From Botryllus schlosseri (Eukaryota): DNA of 64,000 bases. Location of the stretch: positions 29,514,001-29,578,000 of the forward strand of contig CM119372.1 of NCBI GenBank assembly GCA_051294905.1, read 5' to 3'. The number at the start of each line of letters is the position of its first letter. Within the stretch, counting starts at the first letter, position 1. Positions 12,046 through 23,680 of the stretch are shown one piece after another. Both the position numbers and the translations under genes were made by a program. The notes beneath the pieces are model-generated. The model was given only the letters and a program-made list of their open reading frames with translations, was not told where the DNA came from and did not search any database.

Positions 12046-13546
12046 CAGGGTTGCCATCGACATGGACCCAAAAATAAGGACAGTCGAAAAATTAGATTAG
12101 CATGTGGCGAGACAGCGCAGTGGTATAATCCGCGGCTGCAACACCCAATGGGTGCGGGTTCGAGTCCGACCGAGGTCGACTTCTGAATTCCGATATCTAA
12201 GTGTTGGAGGTTTACCTAGGCTCCTCCTCGCCACCTCATCCGCGTAAGCGGTGTCTTACAAAAGCCTAGAGGTGGGCCGTGCTATAAGTCGGCAGTTACG
12301 GAAAATACAAAAAGAATATCGGCCTGGTGTAAATGACCATAGTAGTCGATAAACACCATGAATACCCAAAACAAAAAAACAAAAAAGATTAGCATGGAAG
12401 AGCGTTTTTGTACATTCTTTGTATTTATACGAGCCGAGGCATATCACATTCCATACTTTTCACCAGAAACAAACTGCTCCCAACTCCTTGTTATTAGAAA
12501 GTGCTTCATTGATCTCACGACAACTCAGGTCTAGGTTTACCTTTACTCAGGGCCGAAACAGCACTTCGTCACCCCCCCCTAAAAAAACTGTTGGTCTTGC
12601 CACCCCTGGGGTGATATACCAAACTTCTTCACCTCGTTAGTGTCGTTAACCAAGATGGAAAAAAGCGGTACACCAAGTCTAGACAAAATCATTTTTGAGC
12701 GTATGGAGCAAAAATGCTGGTAGTGTTGGTGCTGGCTGAAGAAAACTTATTTGCAATGTTGGAATCGGGGAATATTGCTTTGAACAATTGCGATGTGCAA
12801 TCATTGGTGAGGAATGATTGCTGGTGTCTGACAGTATGGAATGCCCAGGTACCCTCTGCAGCAGCTGCCTTGTAGTGCGTGGTCGTTGGTACTGATCGAC
12901 TTGTGGAAAAATTATTCATCGACTGGCTCAAATTAATCATCATTACACACTTCTTGTGTTTTGGGGTAGGATCAATGTGAGTTGAAACAGCGGTCTTTCC
13001 TATGGCCTCTAGGTTGATGTCACAATTGCAGATATTGCTATGTGCGAAACACTCGCCCTTCAAGCTTATTGATAGCTTTGTTACATCTTAACCGATGTGT
13101 CGACTGCACTGCGCCTTTTTTTCACTACACAATAAATGCTGCCTTCCCTACAGCCTGAGCATATATTCTGCTGTAGACCAAACAGCAGTAACCTGGTACT
13201 GCTGTTTACTGCTAAAATGACGTCCGCTGCGGTAGCTTGGTACAGACGAAACTGCCATGCCACCACTCACCACTGCTCATAGCTATCTCACCACTTGGAA
13301 GTCAAATGTTGTGGAGTGTCCGTCACAAGAGTTCCTTTCATTTATGATGTCATAAAATCTCGACGAAAAAGCATAATTTTAGAATATTATGCAGTCGAAA
13401 TTCTGTAGCGGTTGAAAATAAGACAAAATAAGGATGCAAGTCGAAAATAAGGACATTTCTTAGAAATAAGGACAGTTGAGTTTTCTAAAACCTGGCCCTT
13501 CAAAATAAGGACAAATCTTAGAAATAAGGACGGTGTGGCAACCCTG
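12046..13546 (-). mobile_element. Internally deleted hAT transposon with an N-terminal transposase remnant
   Basis: TIR CAGGGTTGCCA/TGGCAACCCTG; TSD CCTATACC; AATAAGGAC subterminal repeats. Remnant ORF 12689-13063 (C..C...H...KH; AAEGTWAFHTVRHQQSF..NDC.S.LFK.IFPDS.IA.KFS). Confidence 0.85.
12104..12385 (+). mobile_element. tRNA-derived SINE, full length
   Basis: A-box-like CAGCGCAGTGGT; B-box GGTTCGAGTCC; A-rich (CAAAA)n tail; TSD AGATTAGCATG at 12094-12104 and 12386-12396. Confidence 0.9.
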
Positions 13547-13829
13547 CCTATACCTGACAGAACGACACAACAACACACCTATAAGAGACCATTACGAATC
13601 ACCGCCGTGAGGGGTGTCTGAAAGTACGAATCACCACCACGAGTTTTCAATACGAGTCACCACCACATGGGGGTCTAAAAGTACGACACACCGCCGCGTC
13701 CAGAAGAATCCATTACGAATCACCGCCGAGAGGGGGGTCTGAAAGTACGAATCACCACCAAGGGTTTTCAAACGAATCACCGCCGCACCGATACGAGCCC
13801 CTGTCACTCCAACAGCGATCATACTAACT

Positions 13830-14337
13830 ACTATCGCTCACGCACACCTAGAACTGCTAATAAAATACCTTCGAGTGTAACTTTATAGCTGCATGCCACA
13901 GTCTGATAATTTCAGTTCAACTAGTGGATCGAATAAGAAGCCTTAAGAAGTTGATACATATTTGTATTTGATATGGCACAATATAACGTTACCCATCTAC
14001 ACATCCATGAGAATCTGTCTAAGAAACAGAGATATGTTGCAATTAGATAAATCTACTACTACTACTACTACTACGAGAACGTAAGCTGTGATCATGTCGT
14101 TGCGGTCAATTTGTTTGTGATGCAACAATGGAGGTCCCGCGAGACGTACAATCAGTGAATGGCTAGCTGCGTTCTTGATGACTTGAAATTGAATCGTAAA
14201 TTTTTCTTCGAGTCACGACTCAATTCACATTTTTCAATGGTCGAGTCCAGTCAAGTCAAGTCATTTTTGGAAAGTGACTCAACTCAAGTCATACGAAAAA
14301 GTTGACTTGAGTCTGACTCGAGTCATCCCAACCATTG
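13830..14337 (-). mobile_element. Partial copy of the GACTTGACTCGAGTC hAT MITE family
   Basis: Reverse-complement similarity to the left part of 61971-62912, ending ...GACTCGAGTCATCCCAA. Confidence 0.7.
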
Positions 14338-14660
14338 TTAGGAACCACTGCATTAGTGCTCCTGGTTTGTACGCAAATTAATATTCGAGATGGTCATTTC
14401 GCTATATATTGCTTTACAACTGTGTTATCTTAATTTCTTCGGCCACCCCAAAATAAAACGAAATATTGCCTTTTCAAAATTAACCATATTGATATCGCGT
14501 AAATTCAAAGTGGCGACTGTCAATTGTCCAGGCCTTGTGCCCCAAGGCGACGCATATTCTTATGTTCAAGCTCTCTGCTTTCGTAATGCTCGTGGACGGC
14601 TGCATTATCCCGCGTACTTCACCCATATTCGTTTGCTGCCTCATTCACGCGTCCATATGC

Positions 14661-15076
14661 TAGGCTAACCATATTTTGGAAATCAAAAAAGAGGACACTT
14701 TTTCAGAAATTTGCAACTTGCAAAACCGGAGTGAAATTCTGAAAAACCGGTTAATCTTTCCCACTTTGTGATCGGTTGACCAAAAAAAAAAAAAAAAAGG
14801 TCATCTTCTCCTCTCAGAGCTAAGAATAACGTTTTTTTCTCCACATTGACAAGTGGATGACTAAAAAAAAAGGTCATCTCTTAGCTCAGAGCTACTTTCA
14901 CCGCTTCTGTGCTAATTTGCGGCATATCACTCGCATTTTGCTCTAAATCTGACCTAAATTTCAAAAAAGAGGATAAAATCTCAAAAAAGAGGACAAAAGG
15001 GCGTCCTCCGAGGACACTTTCAAAAAAGTCAAAAAAGAGGACAAATCCTCTTAAAAGAGGACGTATGGTAAGCCTA
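14661..15076. mobile_element. hAT MITE (AGAGGAC subterminal repeats)
   Basis: TIR TAGGCT(A/T)ACCATA; TSD CCATATGC on both sides. Relatives at 36600-36952 and 36990-37385. Confidence 0.85.
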
Positions 15077-18000
15077 CCATATGCACACATGCTATGTATG
15101 TTTATGCACAGATCGTGTGTATGGATAACATGAGTCTGCATATATGCCGCAAAAACAGCAATAATACATAACATCCTTTCTTTTTCTTTCCATATTCGGG
15201 TTGCGACTCATGGTCATAGCGTGCCAGCATTGTCCAATCTTGGCTCACTCAGCCGATGGACTTTGGAACACGCTTTTTATGGTCTGTAACGAATTACGTA
15301 TACTTTGTCGTAGTATACCCAAGTCGGTTCTGCCTACTTGTACTACTATACTTACTCAATTATCTTGCTGTGTTATTGGAATACCTACAGTCAAACTAAA
15401 CAGTTTTTTAGATAAAACTGCTCTCCTTTTAGACATCAGATTTTGTAAAGTGAAAACCAGTTTGAGGATATATTTCCATCGCGTTTATGAGTGAAATTTT
15501 TATAACAACTGGGCGAAATAGCTCTTGTATGACGTTACCCGAATATGTTTCCGAGTATCGTTAGTCTTTTGGCGTTAATCGTGTAGAGTCACCCTGTAAT
15601 TCCTAAGATAGCCACCTTCGGTCAACTTTACAAAAATTATGCGAAGTCCCGACCAAATGTTTAGTTTTAAAGTACTTACTTCAGCACCTTACATATCTTA
15701 ATTTTCCAATTCCACCAGTGTACCCCATGTCTCGGAAATCGTCTGTTCTATTTGTAATTGAGTGGAAATTTGCAGCAGTTCCACTCCTGCTTAAATACCA
15801 ACAATGCACAATAACCAATTCAACAATCTCTGTGTTCAACGCGGGGTTGGCGATGAGGATCGCGGATAAACTACTGGCACAGAGGCACGTATCCAAACCT
15901 CGTACCTACAATATTTAGTGTCGTTAACACCCCAGTGCACACTGTACAGCTTCGTCTTGAATATTGCCAGTCGCCTTTCTATTTCCTAATCGTAATCAGC
16001 GTTAGTGCGGCCCACGGAAAGACTCAGATTCTGAATGCAACGGCAAGGGACCGATACTCAACATAACTGTGTGTCAGTTAGATATGGGTGTGTGATTTAT
16101 TCATCGCGACACTCCAGAAGCAATTTATGTTCAAATGACTAACGAAGCACTATGCCTCCATTACTATTTGGTGGCTAGTCACGCTTAAAATGCGTGATTT
16201 CTCTGCGTAATCGGCTGAAAGCCATTATGAGCGGAAATTCGGTTAGCTGCAGCACGCGCTATTCCCATAATGAGCGTGATCACGTTGTATACAGGACGAA
16301 ATGGCAGACCCATATAGATCAAACCAACCTTTTTTTCATAGATCTTTTTGCAATAAACGTGATATTTTTGGGTGCTAGCAATTTTTCATGACACCTTCTG
16401 TAGGTCAACCAAAAGATATTTTAGTATGATCTAGGCTCCTCGTCACCGATCCACGTAAGCAATGCCTTCGGCGTATATGTGGGTCATGATTTCTGTCGGC
16501 AGGAATCACAAAGAAATATATTTTTCAGATGTAAACTACTTAAGTTGAAATGTAGTAGTGAAGGTCACAACGCAAAGATGTCGAAATGTTTTCACACTAG
16601 GTCGTATTTTAGTTATATGGGGAGATGTGGTACTGATGAATCAAAAATTGTAAAATGATCTCTGGGTCTCAAATCTTCAGCCGAGAATAGCGGATATTTT
16701 GCTGTCTCAACACTTTGATACAAGCTCTAACTATCGCAGGCATTTACATGGATATCTTCCTTTTCAAAAAATATTTATAAACGTTTAAAATTAGTTGCTC
16801 GAAGGTATCATCGGTACCCAACCGGTGGGTACAATGGCACACGACCACGGGATGTATGAGAGATAGGCTCAAAACTCAAATTTTACAACTTGTTTGGTTG
16901 TGTACAACAATCCAATATGCCAAGAACATGCCAATGACGAATGTTTCGTCGCCAACTACAAGAATAAAATAGATTATATAAACTCAAATGTTGGGATAAA
17001 ATCACGTTTTGATTTCTGCCGAAACTTACAAAATTGTTGCCACATACATATTACCGGGAAATCGACATTTTGACTTTCAAATACCTCGTAATAGCGATAA
17101 AACACCACAGGTAACTATGATTCACAGCCTCTATGTATGCAGGCGTGTTTCTGCTGTTAAGTGATTGGTTGGTCGAACTATTTTGCTTGATTTGGCTATG
17201 GTACCATAGGTACCATACCCTATAAATATTGTAATTGAATTGAAAATATTCCACTCGAGGATGGTATTGATTCAACAAATATTTGCCATTACATACCCTG
17301 ATACAAGCCCTATAATTCACACCAAAAATTATTGCGGGATTGTTAGTCTGGAAGGCGATATAGAAAAATGTATATGTCGATCCCAATTTACTTGGCACCC
17401 CCTAAAACGTAAATCATTTGTCACAGACCCATAGCTCACGCAGGTCGATTTTCTTTGCATATGAGGAAAGATTCCGCCAGCATGCTATTGTAGACAAAGT
17501 CACGGATTGTAATCATGGGATTATCACGGAGAATTCTTCAAGTATTTTCGATCCCAGTGTCTCATCGGTACCACATCTCCCCTGTGCGTGTTTACTCTTG
17601 ATCCAAATTCAGCTTCGAGTGAGAATGACAGTTATCAACTGCCGTTCATTGTGATGACTTGGAAATGGAATCATACCCGCAGTCCCGCAACCAAGGTAGC
17701 CAACTGATCTAGTCACGGGAGTATAACTTCCTCTTTTTGATAACTGAAACGAATCCTAATGTAACGTTTAAAGTTTGGTAATGTTGGTCACGATTTTAAT
17801 TTTGATATGTGCGATAACAGGGAATGCGACAAGTCAATGCTGGAAAGACAATGCTTTGCTATAGGGCCTATATGTGAGCATACTCTTGTTGCATTCACGT
17901 ACGGCAAATGTTTCATTTGCACGCAACGAAGCAACAAATTGCTTAGACTGTCCGTCTAACTGCCGCCACTTCACGTATCCTGCTGTAATGAGTGTTCCAT

Positions 18001-18467
18001 TCCATTGGTAATTATCATGTTTAAATACAATATTGGGAACTTGGTATATTCGTCGTTTTGAAGTATACTATATATCTGAATAAAACAATATCTGGTGAAC
18101 TATGTTGATTCATGTCATTCACTTAAATCTTCAGCGGCGTGCGACGCCGATCGTTTATCCTCACTACCAACACTTAGAACTCATGCGTGTGGCAATTGTA
18201 GTTTAATCGATTACGGGATCGACAGCAAGTAATTCGTAGAGGTGAAAATGTCGACGCTAAGCCATTGTTTGCAAGTTTCTCTTAAATGCAACCCTAATTA
18301 CGAGCAGTGTCACTCGTTTCAAATGTTTTAATTTCAGTCAAAAAAGAAAAGCCATGTTCAAATAGTCCCGAGGATGCAAATTCTAACATAAATTTTATTG
18401 TTTTTACGCCGATCAGGGAATAGGTCTTGGAAGGGGCCTGCCAAAAATCGTCCATGGAACACTCTGA

Positions 18468-18855
18468 TTAGGGCGATTTTTTTTTGACATGTCAACAAAA
18501 ATTCAATATATTGTCAAAATTGTAACGATGAGTCAGGAAATTGTCAAAATTGTTTACAAAATAAAATTTAATTTTCAACCTGCATTTCGTTTGTAACGTA
18601 GACGTTTGCACTGTCGGTGAACTTATCATTCAGCGTTTTGGTGACATGGTGTTATGCTCAACGTACCGCAATATCCTAACTGAAGCAAACCTGCGTGGGT
18701 ATTGGTTCTTATATCAAGGATAAGAAAAAATTGTAATGCACACAACATTGTGCAAATGAAGCAACATGATGTGTCACCAGCCGTGCACGCACCGCACAAC
18801 TTCAGTGTTGCCAGCCAACAACTGATGCTGTTGAACGTTCTTTCTCCATTCGACT
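18468..18855 (+). mobile_element. Truncated TAGGGCGATTTTT-family hAT derivative
   Basis: Aligns with 37672-37960 and with the hAT C-terminal remnant at 40620-40770. Confidence 0.65.
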
Positions 18856-19945
18856 CGAATAATTACAATTGATACCAGACTCGCATTCACATCCTTCCTT
18901 GTGTGAGCTGTGTCATGACTTAGGCCTACTCATGACCCGCAATGTGACATATCAAGTAAAAGCTTGACAATTAAGCAAGCATTGCACTGAAAGATATGGT
19001 TATTTATTGGGAGGTGACATTTCACCATTATTTCGCTGATCCGACTCGCAAGCAATCAAAAGGTCCTAATCCGGTTCGCGACCTAAATTGAGTTTGACCA
19101 TCCCGAGCTAGCGTATATGAAAATTAGGTATTTCCTGTCGAGGGATGACTGAAGTCATTTTATGCGCGGACCGCAACTGAAAGCGTGGCTTAAGTCGAGG
19201 GAAGAAGAATTATTGCGAAGATTGCACTGCGAATATATGTATGATCTAATGCTATGACATGAAAACAAGTTTCATTGGCTTTGATTCGGGTAGCCGGACA
19301 ATAAAATGTATTCATGTCGTGTCACCCACCAATTGCGTAGTACTTATTGTAGTACTGCTATTTCCCGGTGCAGCTCGTGAGTAAAGTATGAGGATCTGTC
19401 AAATGTTAGTTTGGAAAAATCACTTTGCTTCAGTTCTTTTACTGCCACCTCGCTTATACTTTTGTGCAAAGTTTCCCGGCGTAGAAATACTTTACCTATA
19501 GTTGTGGGTGTGGGTGGCATGTCAAATGTCTAACTCGTGGGTTGATTGCTGCGCGCGATTTACTAGACGACAGTAAAGGTATATTGTTACGATTCTTGCG
19601 ATACGTTACGATATATGCCTGAAGGGGCATTAATTTATTTCACAAATCAACATAAAGAATAAATATATTTTGTTTCAGATTTATTCAACTTAAATTTTTC
19701 TTCGCACAATTTAGTGTCACCAACAATGAAATAATTGACATTAAACCGATATCAAAAACGTGAACCTTGCTCAAAAATACGTAGCCCAATGTATATGTTC
19801 TTCAATAGAAAGTAATGAGATAAGTCACGCAAATTCATACATCAACAGAAACCGGATACGTATGACGTAGTGTTCTCTTTGATACGTTGCTGTAATAGTG
19901 ACTAGCATACTTTATCCGAGCGAGATTAATGCAGCCCTACATATC

Positions 19946-20352
19946 CAGTGGTGGCTCTACGAATGACGAATGGGGCGACCCTGGACGATACTTACAGGGG
20001 CCCCCTATAAATATGTAGTCGTAACTTCTGCCCCCCCCCAGAACCCTCCTATTCGCATCTATTATTATTATCTATCTTTCACCTCGTCAAGATTTGAGCC
20101 AGGCGCGATAGACTACATCAAAACTAAGTAATTCTACCGCATGCAGAGACGTGATGATTATCGGGATATGGGACATTTCAAACAAATGCAGAGATTTGAT
20201 GACGATTGACACATCTGTACATAATCATATTCTTGCATGATACACGGATTTCCACGTTTATTCGCTATTATCCTTGAATATAGCGCATAAACCAAAGAGG
20301 GGGCCCTTAGACCAGGGGTGCCCCGCCTAGTCCACCCTAAAGGCCACAACTG
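19946..20352. mobile_element. hAT MITE
   Basis: CAGTGGTGGC...GCCACAACTG termini; TSD TACATATC. Confidence 0.8.
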
Positions 20353-20576
20353 TACATATCACACTTGAAGCGACTAGGCCTACATAGTGCGTACTTCGGG
20401 AAAACCAAAAAATATCATATGATTAGCCTACCGACTTTACTACTCCTCACGCTGCAAGGCAACTATAGGTATGCACACCATTGAATTTGCGGTAACATAT
20501 AGTCAGACCAGAGGTGGCCAACTAGTGGCCCGCAGCATTTTTGAAATGTTTCTAATTTTAAACAATAGCTTATGAC

Positions 20577-21150
20577 TAGAGCGATTTTTTTAGCTAAAAA
20601 AAATTGACCTTAAAGAGGAAAACTATGACATTTTTTTACCTCAAACAACCTAATTTTGACAAAATGTTACCCTCACGTATGTAAATTAGGTGTTTTCGCA
20701 CATAATATTAGAATCGTACTACTTATCTTGATTTCTGGTTGGAGCTGTCTGTCCTTGCGAAGTGGTAAGTCCTGAAAAAACATTTCAATTGAAAACTGAC
20801 AACGTAGTAAATGTAAATACTTTATTTAAACGAAATCTGAACCTACGAAGAACTCCACTAGTTGCGTCAGTCATTATGATAGAAATAATTAGAATTTGTT
20901 GCAGTACAACGAAAGACACTTTCTCACATACTCGGTTAGAAAGTTTCTGTCCTTACTGAGTAGCTTGGTAAGAATGGAGAAAGAACTTTTAACAGTAGCA
21001 ATTGTTGTCTGGCACTACTGAAGCTGCTCTGACGTTGTTGGTGACACATCGTGTTGCTTCATTCTGACAATATTTTCTACATCACAGTTTTTCATCATGC
21101 GCTTCTTGATATAAGAACCAATGCCCACGTTATAGTTTTGCTTCAATTGG
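20577..21150 (-). mobile_element. TAGGGCGATTTTT-family hAT derivative, reverse copy
   Basis: TAGAGCGATTTTTT terminus; reverse-complement similarity to 40600-41074; same-strand similarity to 61100-61670. Confidence 0.65.
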
Positions 21151-21780
21151 GAATAAAAAGTGTAATATGCGTTCGTTTATTGGTGAGACGTCGACTAGAC
21201 ATAACAAGTACTACTGAGATGTTGACTACTGGTGGGCAATTTTTGAGTTTCACTCACTGTCAGTAAGTTTTGGAAAGGTCGAAGGTAGCAAGATGCATGC
21301 ATCTAGTTCATTCGTATCTCAACTAGCGAGAGCACCTGTGCAATACATAGCAACACTGTTACACACATTCTGCAGGTAGATAATAACATAGGGGGTTGCG
21401 ATGTTGTACTATGGACTCTCAATGACAACACTACCAAAGGCAATATATCGTGTCTACAATGCCACCAACAGAAACGACTGCACAACAGCGCACAGAAATC
21501 GTTACCAGCAGTGTTCACGAAGTCGGTCTTTCAGCCAATCAGTAGCTTATTATTACCGGCTTCAACCAATCAGGATAATTGGCTTCTGTTTGCCCGCCCA
21601 TTTCATCCATGTCCCGCCCACTCGCCGACGGCTATTTTCAAACGCATTTAGACAAATCTTACCGGCTTTCCTGCGAGCTTCTTTCAGGCCCATTATAGTT
21701 TTTTAACAATAGTCTACAACTACAGTATAAGCCATGGATACGCAGTATTCCAAACATTTTCCAAATTTTGAACAACCCTA
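21150..21780 (+). mobile_element. Diverged terminal fragment of the hATm family found at 27001-30704
   Basis: Ends AATTTTGAACAACCCTA (compare TTTTGGACAACCCTA). 21290-21315 is the reverse complement of ~27470-27495. Confidence 0.75.
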
Positions 21781-21958
21781 GTGGCCAACAAATACCTAAA
21801 GCATGTCGCATATTACGAACACCATCAGACAGAGTTGTGGAAGTTTCACTCACCTCGAGTGGTTCTCAACCATTTCACCTCGCGGACCGGTAAGATTTCA
21901 AAAAATATTAGGCGGACCGGTCGACTTTCGTAAAGTGAAATTAACCCAAACTCTAAAG

Positions 21959-23680
21959 CAGGGGTTCTCAACCCGTGCCCGCAGAGGTCCATTTTGCGGC
22001 CCGCGGCCTCTTTCATTACGAACGCAATTACTACTGGTCCAGCAATGCTGCATATCAATTTAGATACTTAGCTCTCTTATCGCACCGTCGCTGTTTCGTT
22101 TGAATACCCATTCTTTGACGTGTTCTTGCCTCTTGATATGTTCTCGAGTTTGGATTGTTATTGTTCTGAATCAGTATTGGTATGGACCTTTAATTTTTCA
22201 CTAGTCTGCGCGTACTCACCAGCTCACATCGCGCTCCCTTGGACAACAGTGCGTAACGACTGACAGAAAGGTCATCACTTCGGATTTTTTGTGAGCGGCA
22301 CAGATTTTCTGTGCGTGGCGACTTTGTCACCAGTTTGCGGCCGCGCACGCGCGCAGCTTGAATTTGATGAAGTTGCTTTCTCATATATAAATGGAAAACC
22401 TATATTTGTCATATTTGTCGAAGAACAGTTGTCGTAACGAAGCGTAGAAGCTTAAAACGAAACCACTAAAGTTTATTCTAGGTTACATATCACCTGATCT
22501 TAGAACAAACGTTACTACCTAGGCGTCAAGCCCAGTAATCCATAGTTAGAGGAATTATTAAAAATGCCGACGACGTTACAGACGCATTGGAATATCGCTA
22601 AACCCAAAAAATCTGTTAGAGAAGGTGTGATTTCACTAATACTTTAACATACTGTGCGAATATTCGCTGTTTCCGGGACTTAGCAGCAATGTTTCCTCCA
22701 AGCTGGGCACGTGCGCAAATGCGCAGTGCTGACACGATCTGTGTGCACAGAAAATCTAAGTTGCGCACAAAAAATCCGAAATGATGACCTTTTTTATAGT
22801 CCTCACGCACGGATGTCCAAGGATCTGGGCAGTAAGTTGGTGAGTGTGCGCAGACACGTCAAAAATTAGAGGGAACACTGCTTATCAGCAAGGAAAAAAC
22901 TACCTGACAAATTTTGAAGCTAAAGTTTTCCAATTCAACCGTGACCAGAAGAGTAGCCAGTCGACATTTTGTCGCATGTTCTGAAACACGTTGCCGCGTA
23001 TACTACTTATAGCCTAGCATTGGACGAATCCACCGACTTCACAGACATTGCATAGCTAATTTGCTTGGTGCATTTTATCAGAGTGGAAATATTTGCAGAA
23101 GAAAAGCTGGCAATGGAAACGTGGGGAGGTGGCCAGCGAAAAACATCAACTTGACAAAGTTGACTTCTGTAACTATTGGTGGAGGGCTCCAGCCATGGAA
23201 TGAAAGGACATGGGTTAATTGGTTTGCTCTGTAATGACCCCGAAACGCCAGACTTCTTCTCATTTCACTGAGAGTATAAAGTGATAATGGTCTCTGTTGT
23301 AACAAAAAAGTGCCTGTGTTGTGACGCACAAGGCCTAAACGGCGATAAGCGTCACAGTAACACCGTGTGTAATAATAATAATAAGGTACATATACCGAAA
23401 TGGAAATGAATGCAATGCACGCTCCATGAAGTGATTTACTTGCGACGCCGGAAGATACATATTCTCACAAAAAACAGCGATTGAAAACTTACGAACGCTG
23501 TTTATTAATGCTTTGAAATGCATAAAAATGGACTAGACGCCCGTATACGACTAATAAATAGGCTCCAGTAGCCTAAATTTGATAGAAGCTCACAAATGCA
23601 TGGTAATAATGTTTTGCGGCCTGCAGCGTCTTTTGCGGGTAAAATGCGGCCCGTTATACATGCGAAGTTGAGAACCCCTG
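21959..23680 (+). mobile_element. Charlie/SPIN-type hAT derivative with transposase remnant and a nested MITE (~22687-22880)
   Basis: TIR CAGGGGTTCTCAAC; TSD CTCTAAAG. ~23005-23060 encodes YSLALDESTDFTDIA*L. Confidence 0.8.

Larger units (their letters stand above)
10311..13790. mobile_element. Foldback-like element with long modular inverted arms
   Basis: 10311-10607 is the reverse complement of 11945-12045 plus 13547-13720. The arms are built of ~30-bp units such as GTGTCGTACTTTCAGGTATAGGCTGCGTTG. Confidence 0.7.

Noticed and set aside
12104..12180. tRNA gene (also at 36260-36333)
   Set aside because: It has A/B boxes but no proper cloverleaf or acceptor stem, and continues into a SINE body with tail and TSD.
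12200..12270. HDV-like ribozyme suggested by CCTCCTCG and nested pairings in the SINE
   Set aside because: P1 has only 5 bp, the GG needed for P1.1 is absent, and there is no C-containing J4/2 motif in the right place.
8688..14350. CAGTGGTTCC...GGAACCACTG as the two ends of one element
   Set aside because: The flanks (ATCTAATG vs CATTAGTG) are not a direct repeat, so the pairing is unsupported.
17340..17745. Exon-like block on the minus strand (TTTCAG acceptor near 17743)
   Set aside because: The frames I translated contain stops and no recognisable motif, so I cannot support a gene call.
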